From Octopus sinensis (taxonomy: Eukaryota): DNA of 64,000 nt. The stretch lies in the NCBI RefSeq assembly GCF_006345805.1, contig NC_043000.1:112778001-112842000 (forward strand), read 5' to 3'. A program made the translations under genes and the position numbers. Below are positions 36,318-50,256 of this stretch, in pieces (the first letter of the stretch is position 1; every line of letters starts with the position of its first letter). The notes below the pieces were generated by a model. It did not search any database and had not been told where the DNA came from. It worked only from the letters and a program-made list of their open reading frames with translations.

Positions 36318-37095
36318 GAATCGAAACCAGTGTGCGACCTGGGTATTGACATGAGAAACGATGCATCTCTCCAGGAGCATATTACTAAGATGCCAAGAAG
36401 ATGCCGGCAGCTGGCCCGATAGATCCTTAGAACTTTCAGAAAGAGAGGACAAAAATCCACGACGGTCATCTCGAGAACATTTGTTTCCGGCCACTTAGAC
36501 CACGCTTCCCAACTATAATCATCACATACTGTTAAATTAACGGCGTAAGTTGAAGCAATCCAGCGAATTTACACAAAGGAGATCGTCTCAATGGACAGGT
36601 CAGCTACTGGGAAACATTGAAAAAGTTAATATTCTGCTTCATGGACGAAGGCAGGGAAGATATACAGTGATATACATCTGGAAAAACTTGGAAATATCAG
36701 ACTTGAGCATTGAAAGTTACACAAATAGCAGAATTGGACGCCACTACATAGTGCCAAAGATCTCAACATTTCCATTAAGATATAGGGCCAGATACTTCAA
36801 CATCTTGGGTTTAAGGGCCCACAGTTCTTCATTAACTCACAAAATAACCTGAGAGACCTACGGTATCTAGATGTAGGTGGCTTCAAAGCAAAACAAGATG
36901 TTTTCCTGTCAAGAGTTCCAGATGACCCTCTCTCGCAACATGAAATGCGAATAAAGGCTGAAATAACAAATTCCTCTCATACACCCAATGCCACGTATTA
37001 GAGAAGTAACGAATCTGTAGAAAAATCAATGCCAATGTTGCAAGATGGCCGCACCTCTCGAGCTGAAACGAGTAAAATAGTAAAAGTAAAGAGTA
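36318..37095 (+). mobile_element. CR1/L2-group LINE 3' fragment, decayed
   Basis: Interrupted frames PVCDLGIDMRND...ILRTFR...VEAIQRIYTK...YIWKNLE...; (GTAAA)-type tail 37072-37095. Confidence 0.8.
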
Positions 37096-37177
37096 ATATG
37101 TATATGAAAATATAAATATATGAATGCATACACACACACACACCACACACATATAAATATATATATATATAATATAT

Positions 37178-37215
<38 letters not shown>

Positions 37216-37537
37216 CCCCACTATATATATATAGCGACGTGTATGTCATACGTAACGGAATGCAAATACATCGCGAAGACGCAAATTAACTGCTCTATTC
37301 GTCTTCTTATGGAGGTATTGTGCTTATAAACTAAAATATATCAGTTGTAGACACAACTAGTCCGCACGTGCTGGTCATATATTTGTGTTTTTCGGCAGAG
37401 TGCATCCTAAAGAGGAATGTCTGGGCAAATACCGCAGTAAATTTGTTTTTACGTGACGATTTTGCATTTAGTATGAAGCACAGATGGCTATTTGACACAG
37501 ATGAATATTTTAAAGCTTCAGTTGAATAATAATAATG

Positions 37538-37606
<69 letters not shown>

Positions 37607-37635
37607 TAATGATAATAATAATAATAATAATGATG

Positions 37636-37698
<63 letters not shown>

Positions 37699-37893
37699 GT
37701 GAGTAAAAATCTTGAGAAGTAAATGGAATAGGGGCTGTAATATGTGTGGAATACTTGCTGAAGACAGCACTGCTTGAAACCACTCGAATACACCGGAAGA
37801 TGCTCGAAAAATATGTTACCTTAGTTCACTGGTAGTGAACAGCTGACACCGTAGTGCATCTCCAGCGTTAGAAGCTGTGCAAAGGCAATGACA
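37699..37893 (+). mobile_element. R4/Dong-like extreme 3' fragment inside a (TAA)n array
   Basis: Encodes EYLLKTALLETTRIHRKMLE (cf. ELLQKTALLGTARILRKVL); (TAA)n on both sides (37525-37697, 37900-38005). Confidence 0.75.
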
Positions 37894-37898
37894 ATTAT

Positions 37899-37985
<87 letters not shown>

Positions 37986-38005
37986 AATCATAATAATAAT
38001 AATAA

Positions 38006-38560
38006 TGCCCTGATGCAGTACCAGGCAATGGCTCTCATGGCTTCTGATCTTAACTGATTGGAAGTGTTATCATGTACATTGTTTTGTGTTGGTATAAAAG
38101 ATGGGCTACAGCAAATATTCAGCTCAATACCATAGATTTGCTTGTCAGTTGTTTGACCTTAACCAGTTGAGCATGTCCCTTAGTGGCTGACGATATGTGC
38201 ATCTCTGATCACGAGCAGAAGTAGTGGGGGAGCATCATAGCCATGTGTTGAGAGGGATTCTTTGGGGTTTGAATAATTCACCTCTGGAAACATGGGTGGT
38301 TCTTTCAACATCCTTAAAGAAACCTTATTCAGGGACCGCTTGAGCGGGATGGGCTACTCAACCTGAAGAAAAGTCTAACTGGGCCCCACCTGCAAGGTCA
38401 TGTGCTGTTTATCTTGATATGAGATCACCATGTCGCGCACATATGGTTGTGATGCATGTGCCTGGTGTGCCCTTATCAGACGGGTAGTCATGATGGGTAT
38501 ATTGGGCTTCGTATATTTTACCCCAGTGTCACTTTGATGGCATGAACTGCTCTCTCACTC
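38006..38560. mobile_element. 555-bp non-coding element flanked by (TAA)n on both sides, copy 1
   Basis: Near-identical to 63456-64000 (about 17 substitutions counted by eye, no indels seen). Confidence 0.9.
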
Positions 38561-38612
<52 letters not shown>

Positions 38613-38644
38613 TTAATAATAATAAGAAGACGAAGAAGAAGAAT

Positions 38645-38837
38645 ACTTTCTACTAATTTTGGGGATGGGACTAGTCGATTATATCGACTCTAGTGTTTCA
38701 CTGGTACTTAATTTATCGACCTCGAAAGAATGAAAGGTAAAGTAGACCTTGACGGAATTTGAACTCAGACCGTAAAGACGGACGAAATGCTACTAAGCAT
38801 TTTCCCCGGCGCAGTAACGACTCTGCCAGGTCGCCGC
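38645..38837 (-). mobile_element. SINE family A
   Basis: Reverse-complement match including the head (ctctgccaggtcgccgc). Confidence 0.8.
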
Positions 38838-39283
38838 AATAGCAACAACAACTAGCAATAAATTAAAACCGAATATTGATATTTTAAATACATTTAATAC
38901 ACGTGTTTCAGATTATCATGCAAGAGAGGAAAAACGAGTTCACCTGTTACACAACATCATCTTTAGTTAAGCTATTGGCAATAGTTTGTTCAACTGGACC
39001 CGAGTCGAAGCATTTGATAAATTGTATTGCCTCTATGCATCACACGAAATCTAACTACCTTCCTACCTACCTACCTACCTACCTACCTACCTACCTACCT
39101 ACCTACCTACCTACCTACCTACCAACAAACCAACCTACCTACCTACCTACCTACCTACCTACCTACCTACCAACCTACCTACCCCCAACCTACCTACCTA
39201 CCTGCCTACCTACTTACCTACCTACCTACCTACCTACCTATCTACCTACCTACCTATCTACCTACCGAACCTACCTATATAAG

Positions 39284-39325
<42 letters not shown>

Positions 39326-40177
39326 CCTACCTATCTATCTGTCAGTCTGTTTGTCTATCTACTTGTCTATACACACACATACACGCACACCCGCATACAT
39401 ATATTATAGAGAAAGCGGGAGAAAGAATGACCGTGATACATACAGTAAATGCATACATACACATCACAAAACGACGTTTTGAATACTTTATTTTTCTTAT
39501 CTTTAAATAAAGTTACAAGCACTGTTTTATGTATTGAGTACATCTTTCTTCTATAAGTAAAAACATCATGCAAAACATCTATACGTTGAGCTACATAGCC
39601 ATGTGTACATATACAAAAATGTGCAAATATAAACGTACATGTATACTTGTAAATATTGGTATGCACATACACAAGCATACACATCTATTTAATTTTTAAG
39701 AGTATTTTTTGAAAGAACATTGTCAAGAATTCTATAATTCGCTGTGTTACCAAGAACTGTTGCACCTGATGACAGGTTACCAAACTTATCTCTTTCTACC
39801 AAGAATCGAAGAATCAATTCTCCCCATATTACGCTCTTGTTCCCTACATTTAGTTATTTCTTGCAAAAAAAAGTTTCAATCGAATTCTCTTTGCTAATTT
39901 ATTTTATTTAATTATATCGTTGATTTTGTACAAAACATATTCTCATTCACTCTATATACACACAAGCTCATATACATACGTATGTGTGCGCCTATATGTG
40001 TGTGTGTGTGTGTGTGTATGTGTGTATCTGTATATATATGTATATATATATATACATATATGTATATATATATACATTCAATATATACATATATATATAT
40101 ATATACATATATATATATTTTATATTATATATATATATATTTTATATTATATATATATATATTTTATATTATATGTA

Positions 40178-40239
<62 letters not shown>

Positions 40240-40277
40240 ATACGTATATGTGTACCTATATGCATACAGACACACAT

Positions 40278-40308
<31 letters not shown>

Positions 40309-41125
40309 CACACACATAGATATATATACATATTCACACACACGTGGATGCATATACACGAGCACGCGCAGACACACACGCATAAAGACACACACACACA
40401 CGCATGCGCTCATCACATTTGTTACATTTGCGAGATCGCTATGTGTAGAATCATAGGCGTGTCTCGTAAGAATTTTCTTCCAATATCGACGACGAGAAAG
40501 TAAAAGGCTTTCATGAGACAGTACACTCCTCCTTCCCCTTCCCCAACTCCGAAGACACTCTTAATTGCTGTTTTTACTTTTCTGAATTGTTTTTTCTTTG
40601 TTTTGTTTTTGAATGAACGAGAGAAAAATCAGGAGAGACTAAGAGAAGCTGATCAGAAACGTAAAGATAAGTCAAAGAGTTTAAAGAAGATACCAAGATG
40701 GAAAAAAAAATATATATATATATACATATATAAAATGAGAAATAAAAGAACAGAAAACAAGCGGTGCTTTGGTTCGTTAAAATGAAGAGTCTCACATTTA
40801 ACCTTTTGCTTACAGTTCAGACAATAATGAATCCAAAAAACGAATACTATCTCCCGCCTGAATAAAATCTTGGAAAAGAAAAAAAAAAACATAATTAAAA
40901 TACGACCACATGAGATTATTACAATATAATTAACATCGTAATTGTTAGCAAGGGTGCGAGTATATGTGCGAGTATATGAGGTGTGTATGTGTGTGTGTGT
41001 GCGTGTATGTATGTATGTGTGTATATATATATACATACATATATATATATATATGTGTATATATATATATATCTATATATACATTTATATACACACATAT
41101 GCATATATTCTTACGTACACATGCA

Positions 41126-41168
<43 letters not shown>

Positions 41169-41276
41169 TATATACACGTATATATATATATAGAGAGATA
41201 TACATAGACACACACATATTCACACACACACATATATATTTTTACGTACAGATGTATGCTTATATATATGTGTGTG

Positions 41277-41320
<44 letters not shown>

Positions 41321-42117
41321 TTCATATATAGAAATGTTTCGCTCTCTGTTGCTTTCTTTGAATCAGTCTCTCTCTGTCTCTCTCTTCGTCTGTCTGTCTC
41401 TATCTTTGTCACTTTCTTCCACTCACTTTATATATACATATGTACGCGCGAATGTACATACATAAAAATGTATAGAGGCACATGTAAGATAAAATGTTTG
41501 AACTTTAAATGCGCCGAAACTACTCTGATACTTGTGTCCATAGTTTACGAGAGGCGCATCGCTCGTTGCTTGCTAATTCCCAGTAATCGTTTCCATGTTC
41601 CATCCACTTCTAGAGTCCTAGCTGACACACCACCCTACACTTACAGCTTATCTGTACAGATTTAACCTCTCAAGTTGCGACCACTTTATCTTTTCCCCCT
41701 TTCTCATCTCTTCTTTCTCCACCTGTTTCTCTTTCCAGTTTGTTCTCTTTGCCACTGATAGTTTAATACACTGCTTCTTGATTTACCACTCGTTCACACT
41801 TACTCATCATTTTTATTTATGTTGCTCTCGCATCTGTTTACTCTCCTCATCTGTACCAAGCTGCTGCCGCTGCTGCGATGGCGGTCCCCAAATTTCCGTG
41901 CCTCATTCTGACGTTTCTGTCGCAAACAACGCTAGGGTCGTATAGACTTAAGTTCCTGTCTCTTCGTTAAAAATAATGGCAGTCATTTTATTTCTATTCA
42001 TTGACTTAACACAAAGTCAGTGATGAGCATTTATTTTCAGCAAAGAGAAAGAACAGTACATACATACATACATATATGCACATACATACATGCATACAAA
42101 CATACATACATACATAA

Positions 42118-42596
42118 ATGGTGGCTGCCCCCACGTTATCGAGTATGGCCATTGCACGAAACTTAATCAATGTTGTTATCGTGCAATGCATGTGCAAGAA
42201 AATTTTTTTTAAGTGGGGAAAGTCTGTGCACTGAGTCAATCCCACTCACTAAGCAACAGCAGCCATAATCCGAAAAGAAGAACAAGTCAACATCATCGGT
42301 AACCACTGAGCCGCAGATTTTTTTTATATCGGAGTTATCCCAGTTACCTGAGTTACCTTCGCCGAGAAGGATGCCCTAACAAAGGCTCCCGAAGGTTTAA
42401 CTGCGCGATCGGGTATTCAGTCCGATTATTTCTATGTCCCCGCGCATGATCCAGCCTTAAGACATTTATTGGATGGCCGTTGACTCTCAAGAGTTCCTCC
42501 GCCCTTTGACGGGTTTTGTTTTTCATCCCGCAGGGTGTCCAATAAACACCCTCCTCACCAAGCAAGCTTGGTGGAGTTGTCGGTTTAGTCGCCGAT
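42118..42596. mobile_element. Unclassified ~480-bp element embedded in (TACA)n
   Basis: GC-richer island with (TACA)n on both sides (42056-42116, 42596-42661) and several hairpins at one end; single copy in the window. Confidence 0.45.
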
Positions 42597-42756
42597 ACAT
42601 ACATACATACATACATACATACATACATACATACATACATACATACATACATACATACATAAGAACCCACAATATGGCAGAAGTTATAGCCATTCATAAT
42701 AGAAAGGAATACTGCTGGAATGTCCCAGTGAATACCTCAATAAAGTGTAAGCACAA

Positions 42757-43868
42757 CTGACTCAGGAGAGTACGGCGGTTGTGGCAGCACTTCCCAGCCA
42801 TGCGTTTGAATGGCCTCCTTGGTCATATTGGCGATATAAGGGCGGGCATTGTTGTGCAGCAGGAGAACTCCATGCTGCCGATTAGGTCTTTTCTCTTGAA
42901 TAGCCGTGTTAGGTCGTTCCATCTGTTGAACATAGAGTTCTACGTTGAACGTTTGGTTCCGTTGAAACAATTCGTAATGGATAATCCCTTCCCAGTACCA
43001 CCATACGCACTACATCGCTTTACGCGGATGAAGATCTTGTTTCACGCGCGGTGTCTCTAGTTTACCGGGGCTAAATCATTCCTTGCGCTGCTTCATATTG
43101 ATGTACACGCACCATTTTTCGTCGCCAGTAACGTTTCGATAAAGAAATCATTGCTTGTGTCCATGAGGTGAGTGGTGACAAGCAAGCAAACGTGCGGAAA
43201 TTGTGACACGTTGATTTTTGTTGGTGTCCCTTAAAGCATGCGGAACCCATGCTCCTTATTTCTGAATCTTTCCCATCGAGTGAAGATGCTTGTCTATAGC
43301 AAAGGGAGGGCATTGCATTTTCTCTGCCAGTTCCCATGTCGTTTGGCGAGAATTTTCGTGCAAAAGTTGGTTTAATCGCTCTTCATCGGACTCAACTGGA
43401 CGGCCAGAACCAAGTGCGTCTTTGAGGTCCATTTTTAAACTTGGCATACCAATCACGAGCGGTTCTTTCAGGTTTGGCACCCTCTTCATACACAACACAA
43501 ATGTCGCGAGCAGCTTTTGCGGCCTTAGAAACATGTTTAAAAGCAAAAAGTAGGTGTCGAATAAGCTCGTTTTTCATAACTTGACATTTCATTTTAATGG
43601 TCTGAAAATAAACAAAAATTAATTAAAATTAACTAGGAAAAAAAAGATTGCAAAATAATTCAAAAATAGAATTCTCGAAGAAAATACATTCCATGCGGAA
43701 TGTTTACGGATGTGTGTAACGAATTGCCAAACTAGAATTAAATAATGTTCTTTGAACCGTTCCATGAGTATTTCTGCAGTGAAATGTCTTTTCACCTCCA
43801 AGTACATATGAAACATGTAAACTCTGACTTTAGATGAATGTATTTTCTTCAACGCTACTACATGCGAT
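42757..43868 (-). mobile_element. Mariner transposase pseudogene, 3'-truncated
   Basis: Frameshifted pieces: MKCQVMKNELIRHLL..KAAKAARDIC..., SGRPVESDEERL, WVPHAL, VTGDEKW, LLHNNARPY, LPQPPYSPE; right TIR absent. Confidence 0.9.
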
Positions 43869-43870
43869 AT

Positions 43871-43942
<72 letters not shown>

Positions 43943-44623
43943 TTTGTGTGTGTATTTATATTCGTATGTTTGTATGTTTGTATGAATGTGTGTATGTATC
44001 TACGTACGTATGAAAATGTAGTCAGATAGTCAGATTCTTGCAGCTTTCATCATAAAATACCCAGCTTTATTCGTTGTTTTGAATTTTGCGGGATTTCAAC
44101 GGGTCTTTTTATCACGTTGGAAAAAAAAGCGTAGCAAAAATATTAATACAAACAACACAAAAGTCAATTATTGTTAGGTTTCTCCTGTAAATATTACCTT
44201 TCCGTCGCTTATCACCAGAGCGTTCATCATAAAACAAATAGAACAAATTCATGCGAAGAAAACTGTAATTTCTGAAGCAGCGTTTTTGATATCTTGAATC
44301 CACAGGGAATGTGGGTTGTGTCGTATATCAAGATATTATAGCAGAAACAAATATTACCCAATTTCCGTCTCTGATATCTACGTTTCAAAGCGGAATTTAC
44401 GCTCAAGTGAGCATTTTTTCAGTCTCCTATCCAAACAAATTACTTCTCTATTTTTATATTTCATCGTAACAAGAAATCGCATTTTTGTACCGATATCACG
44501 TACAGTCCACTGACAGAATCAGTCCATTGTGTAAAAGTTCAAAACGATGCAATTTATGTTTCGCTGAAAAATTTCATAGTATAACTACCTTATCCAAAGA
44601 AAAAAAAATCAGATATAAAACAA

Positions 44624-44715
44624 GAAGCAAATATCGACTTGTCTACACAGAATGATCTCTATCATTTTTCAGGTCCAAAACGCCTGTGTCATTACACACA
44701 CACACACACATACAT

Positions 44716-44751
<36 letters not shown>

Positions 44752-45000
44752 GAACACCACTTTTCCACATAGACATGCGCACGAAGAAAATGAAAGTGAA
44801 GCAAATATCGATTTGTCCACGCAAGATGATTTCTCTATCATTTTTCTGGTCAAAAACGCCTGTGTCATTTCATATATATATATAAACACCACTTTTCCAC
44901 ATAGACATGCGCACGAAGAAAATGAATGAGAAGTAAATATAGACTTGTCTACACAGAATGATTTCTCTATCATTTTTCAGGTAAAAAAAGCCTGTGTCAT

Positions 45001-45042
<42 letters not shown>

Positions 45043-45090
45043 AACACCACATTTCCACATAGACATGCGCACGAAGAAAATGAAAGAGAA
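44624..45090. repeat. Three tandem units with a conserved body and a variable internal microsatellite
   Basis: Units start at 44624, 44798 and 44930 (174, 132 and ~158 bp); length differences lie mainly in the (CA)/(TA) run. Confidence 0.9.
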
Positions 45091-45655
45091 TGAGGATTAA
45101 AACTGAAAGACATTTGAAGATAAATAAGTGAAGAATAAATGAACACCGGCAAAAATAGAACGAAAATAAATTTGCTATAAGAAGAGACAAAATAATGCGA
45201 AGAATTAGAAGAGGGACAAGAAGAGAACGAAAAAGAAAGCTAAATTGATACAACATAGAAAAAAAAATGAAATCTGGAGGCATGTGTTTCCTTTCAATAT
45301 GGCTTGATAATTGTAGTGGAGAACTTGTAACAAATAAACTTTAAAAAATAAGGGTAACCTTAAGGATTGGCATTAGATTTGAAGAGAATATAAATTGGGC
45401 GACTGCTGGGTAAAAACGTGAAAGAAGTGGCAAGTGTGCGCATTTTTAACTTGATTAGTGAGTGACGTTAAAGTGTTTTAATGAAATATCTTAATGGCGG
45501 ACGTTTCAATTTACGGTTTGTAGATTTTTTGTTCTTTTTTTTTTTTGTTATCAAACCTTGCCTTTCGTTAAATTCTGGTGGATGAAAATGTGAGTCAGAA
45601 AGTCTAAGAGAGAGAGGAGAGAGATAGAGGAGAGAGACAAAGGAGAGAGAGAGAT

Positions 45656-45686
<31 letters not shown>

Positions 45687-45831
45687 TGTGTGAGTGTGTA
45701 TGCGTGTGTGTCTGTGCGACGAGAGAAAGATAGATAAATGAGACAGTCTAATTGAGGGAAATTAGTAAAAAACAAGGGGTTTCAGAGCTGTTGTTGTTGT
45801 ACATGCTTATACATATATATACATATATGTG

Positions 45832-45863
<32 letters not shown>

Positions 45864-46033
45864 TGTATGTATGTATGTATGTGTATATATATATTATATA
45901 TAATATATATATATATATATACATATATATGTATATATACATATATACATATATATATAATATATATACATATATATGTATATATACATATATATACATA
46001 TATATATATATAGATATATATATATATATATAT

Positions 46034-46080
<47 letters not shown>

Positions 46081-46102
46081 TATATATATAGATAGATAGA
46101 TA

Positions 46103-46133
<31 letters not shown>

Positions 46134-46903
46134 GCATATGGAAATTTGTGTATGTGTATAAATACACGTATGTATATATACTGTGTATGTACACATACTT
46201 ACAAACATACATATATGCATACATACACACACATGTAAGTAAATATAAATATATACTCATATGGTCACATGTGAACCTAACTATATAAATTTAAAACATA
46301 TAAACACGCGCAAACGTACAAGACTGACAAGTCAGTTCAAGAGATACACTTAAATAAATCAATGGAATTACCTTGTAGATGTGGTCCATGCTTCAATTAA
46401 GTCCGTTTAAATTCTTGTTTCTGAAGTGCAAGCTAATGCGTGGCGAAATAAATAATACGTAAATGCAATGAGCTCATTGGGGTTTCTTTGCAAGTGGACA
46501 AATCTGTGCAAATATAAATAAATAAAATAAAATAAAATAAATAAATAAAAAAAGAGCTCCACAGCCACATTTATTCATGTAAAGTTAAAATGTAATATTT
46601 AGCAAACTCATCGATTATGTTTTCTCTTGCACACCCAAGGGATAAATATTTATTGCCTGGTACCTTGTGCAAGTTTATTTTACTAAATCCTCGCGTCCAC
46701 CAAAGTCTTCTGAGTGGATTTTGTTGACAGAATGTGAAAGAAGTGTATATGCATACATGCATACACAAGCACACACACACACACATACATACACACGCAC
46801 ACACATATACACACACATATGTATGTATGTAAGTATGTATGTATGTATGTATGTATGTATGTATGTATGTATGTATGTATGTATGTATACATATATGTAT
46901 GTA

Positions 46904-47243
46904 CGATGGTGAGTCAAAAATGTAATGCCATTTTGTTTTGGACAGGTATAATTATCAACACAGGAACATGTATCATACATCAAAATGAAGCTGGTCCTCT
47001 GTGGATCACATCCCTACTTCTCAACATAGTCACAGTTTCTCTCAATAGCAATGTTCCACCTTCGAATGAGAGCATGCATCCCTGGCCTGTAAAATTCTGC
47101 TGACTGTTTTTGAATCACTTCTTCACTACAGTTTTCACTTCCTCGACACTGGAATAATTTAGCGCCTTCAGACTATCACTTCTTTGTCCCCATGAAAGAG
47201 GGTTTGAGAGGCAAGCATTATTCCAGTGACGAGGAAGTGAAAC
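46904..47243 (-). mobile_element. Mariner 3' end with an inverted (fold-back) segment
   Basis: TA plus TIR-like cgatggtgagtcaaaaa at 46902-46920. Minus frame reads EEVKTVVKK..AEFYRPGMHALIRRWNIAIERNCDYVEK*; plus frame at ~47159-47243 reads LAPSDYHFFVPMKEGLRGKHYSSDEEVK. Confidence 0.85.
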
Positions 47244-48473
47244 CTGTCCTCAAACAGCACCAACACCTCCAACCAGAACATTAACACCACCAAAACCACT
47301 CCTTTCTATACTATCATCACCATATAGGGTCATCCTAGCTGGTCCCATCAGAAAATGTAATTTTTCAAAATGCTTTGTCGTCGTATTAGAGGGTCGTGCT
47401 TGGCAGATTTTCTTGAACAACAACAATAATAAAAATGAATAATATTAGCGTGTTTTAGCTACGGCCCTTTCAATTTTTGAGCTTGCGTCCTTCCGAAATA
47501 TAAATTTGTGTTTTAATATTTGGACGATCGCTAAACTAAGATACGCCAGTCAATTTCTGAGTACGATTCCATTGATCGTTCTCTCCAGCAAACTTTTCAA
47601 GTTTGGTGCCAATTAAGAAATTACTTGAGAAGATATCTGTAAAGAACGTGTGTGTGTGTGTGTGTGTGTATGTGTGTGTGTTTGTGTATGTGTGTGTGTA
47701 TGTGTAGGTGTTAATGCCAGACGAGGAAACGTACAAAGTTATTGAGACACAGAGAAAGAGAGATAAAGTTTGTTCAGACCCAGAGAGATAAAGTTGAGAG
47801 ATACTGCGTTTGTAGCAAAGTAGATATTTTGTGTGAAAAAAAAAAAACAAGATAAATAAATATACATCTGATTCATAGTGAGATAAAACTGATATGACAT
47901 CATATGACTAACCAGATTAAGATATTTTTCTTTTTTGCGTCTATAAGATATATAGATATAACGCAATCATCACATTTTTTTTTTAGTTACCGTCTCTAGA
48001 TAATTATATATGTGTTTTAATATACGCAGTTACACGTTCAGGCCACCATATATGTACTCAAAGACAAACACAGTTTACCAATATACTTATATACGCATAT
48101 AAACTCGCACATAAATATATGTATTAATATGCATAAGTATTATATATGAATGTGTACGTGTTTGCGTGTGTATTTCTTGTCCATGTTTTCGCACCTGTAA
48201 TATTTGTTTGTGCTCAGACAATAAAAATTACGTTTGTTGTGAACATCTACTGTCCACCAAAGTTAACACATTTGATGTCGACATAAGAAAAGATAGGAGA
48301 AACAGAAGCACCGAAGAAAGAATAAAAAAAAAGAAGAAAAGATAAAAAAAGAAGTTTGAATCTATCTTGGTATCTCCCGTTCTCTTTCTCCCTCGACTCT
48401 GAATATATGAACGTTTGTGTACATAGAGACGCACATAGACAGATACGTTCACATACACTTACACTCTCACACA

Positions 48474-48636
<163 letters not shown>

Positions 48637-48813
48637 ATAGATAGATGTATATTACATATATATGAGTTTTTGATTACATACATACAGTTACACACATACA
48701 AGTATATATAGACAAATGTGCGTGTTTATATATACATAAATATACACACATATATATACACATATATACACACATATATATATACATGTATATATACACA
48801 CATATATACATAT

Positions 48814-48868
<55 letters not shown>

Positions 48869-49256
48869 CACACTCATATACATATATATATATATATATA
48901 TTCATATACATATAAACACATGAGATGGCCATAACAGGACACGCACATACATATATATATATACATTCATATACATACATATATATATATCCATTCATAT
49001 ACATACATATATACATGCATACATATATACATATACACACACCTATATACATACATACACATATATACATTCATAATTACACCCCGCCACACGCACACAT
49101 ATCTGAGTGTGTATACACACCGCTTACAAGCGTATAAACACATCCTGTAATCAATATCCCAAGCAGTGTATACGATTCAATCAATCTTAAATAGACCCTT
49201 CCGTTATACACCCACAGCTATTCACATACACAAACCAAACAGAAGACACAAATATC

Positions 49257-49308
<52 letters not shown>

Positions 49309-50000
49309 GACAAACACACATACAGATAGGTGTTCCTCTTGTGGTCTAATGTCCTATGACAGGCCAAGGTGGTCTATTGCTATGTAGATCACGTGGTAGG
49401 GCACTCCACACAATCTGTGTTAATGAAATGCCGTATGGACGGTGAATGCTTACAGTACGTGAGGAGAGCGAACAATGAGAGTGAGGGATAGGTTTGTTCG
49501 GGTTAGGCGTGGTGCTTGCTGGTGTCCTGTGGTGATGAACGAGTATCTGTTAGTGTGTGTGCTTGCTTGTGTGTGTGTGTGTGTTGCTTGTGTAAGATTG
49601 TGGCTTATTGGGAGACATGAAAAAAAATGGCGGTTTTTTTTGTAGGGGTACATAATGATAGATCCGTTTTATATAGGAGCTGATGATGACGTAACTGTTA
49701 GTTTAGAGTGGCGCGAGAATGGATCGAATGAGGAAGCGAGAGAGGGAAAAAATGAGAAAGGCGAGAAAGAAGGGGAGGAAAGAGAGAGAAACGAGGAGAG
49801 AATAATGGAGAAAGCTGGGGTTCCAATGCTCTTCGAGAGGCGTGGCTTAGGTAAGTTAACGAATGTTCTTTGAAAGTAAACCATTTCCTTTCGGTTCGTG
49901 GTTTGCATTTGAAAGAGTGGCGGGGGGGGGGCAGCCAAATGGAAACGTGACGAAGGAATTGCATAAATAAACACAAAAATAATTCAAGAGAATAATAATG

Positions 50001-50038
<38 letters not shown>

Positions 50039-50070
50039 TATTATTATTATTATTATTATTGTTGTTGTTT

Positions 50071-50256
50071 GAGATACAAGCCTCAAATTTGGAGGAAGGG
50101 ATTAAGTCGATTACATCGACTCCCGTGCGTAACTAGTACTTATTTAATCGACCCTGAAAGGATGAAAGGCAAAGTCAGCCTCAGCGAAATTTGAACTCAG
50201 AACGTAAAGCCGGATGAAATACCACTATGGATATCGTCCGGTGCGCTAGCGATTCT
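50071..50256 (-). mobile_element. SINE family A lacking the first bases of the head
   Basis: Reverse-complement match, broken at gattctg|. Confidence 0.75.

Noticed and set aside
37756-37795. CTGAAGA...GAAAC resembling a hammerhead
   Set aside because: Lies in R4-like coding sequence; no UH site or stem I.
38206-38231. Short matches of the 555-bp element to U1 snRNA (TGATCACGA, GTAGTGGGGGA) and to antisense U2 near 38012
   Set aside because: Matches of 9-13 nt recalled from memory, with wrong spacing and no Sm site; would need cmsearch to be taken seriously.
39770-39800. Isolated CTGANGA hits (also 49680, 53503, 57296, 38187; minus strand 9507, 11267, 20584, 51636)
   Set aside because: No compatible GAAA, stems and UH site; expected chance occurrences.
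42480-42600. HDV-like ribozyme at the end of the (TACA)n-embedded element
   Set aside because: The 7-bp P1-like helix encloses only 7 nt, leaving no room for P2/P3; the nested double pseudoknot cannot be built.
44624-45090. CRISPR-like repeat-spacer pattern
   Set aside because: Eukaryotic context, repeats over 100 bp, spacers are microsatellites, and no cas genes.
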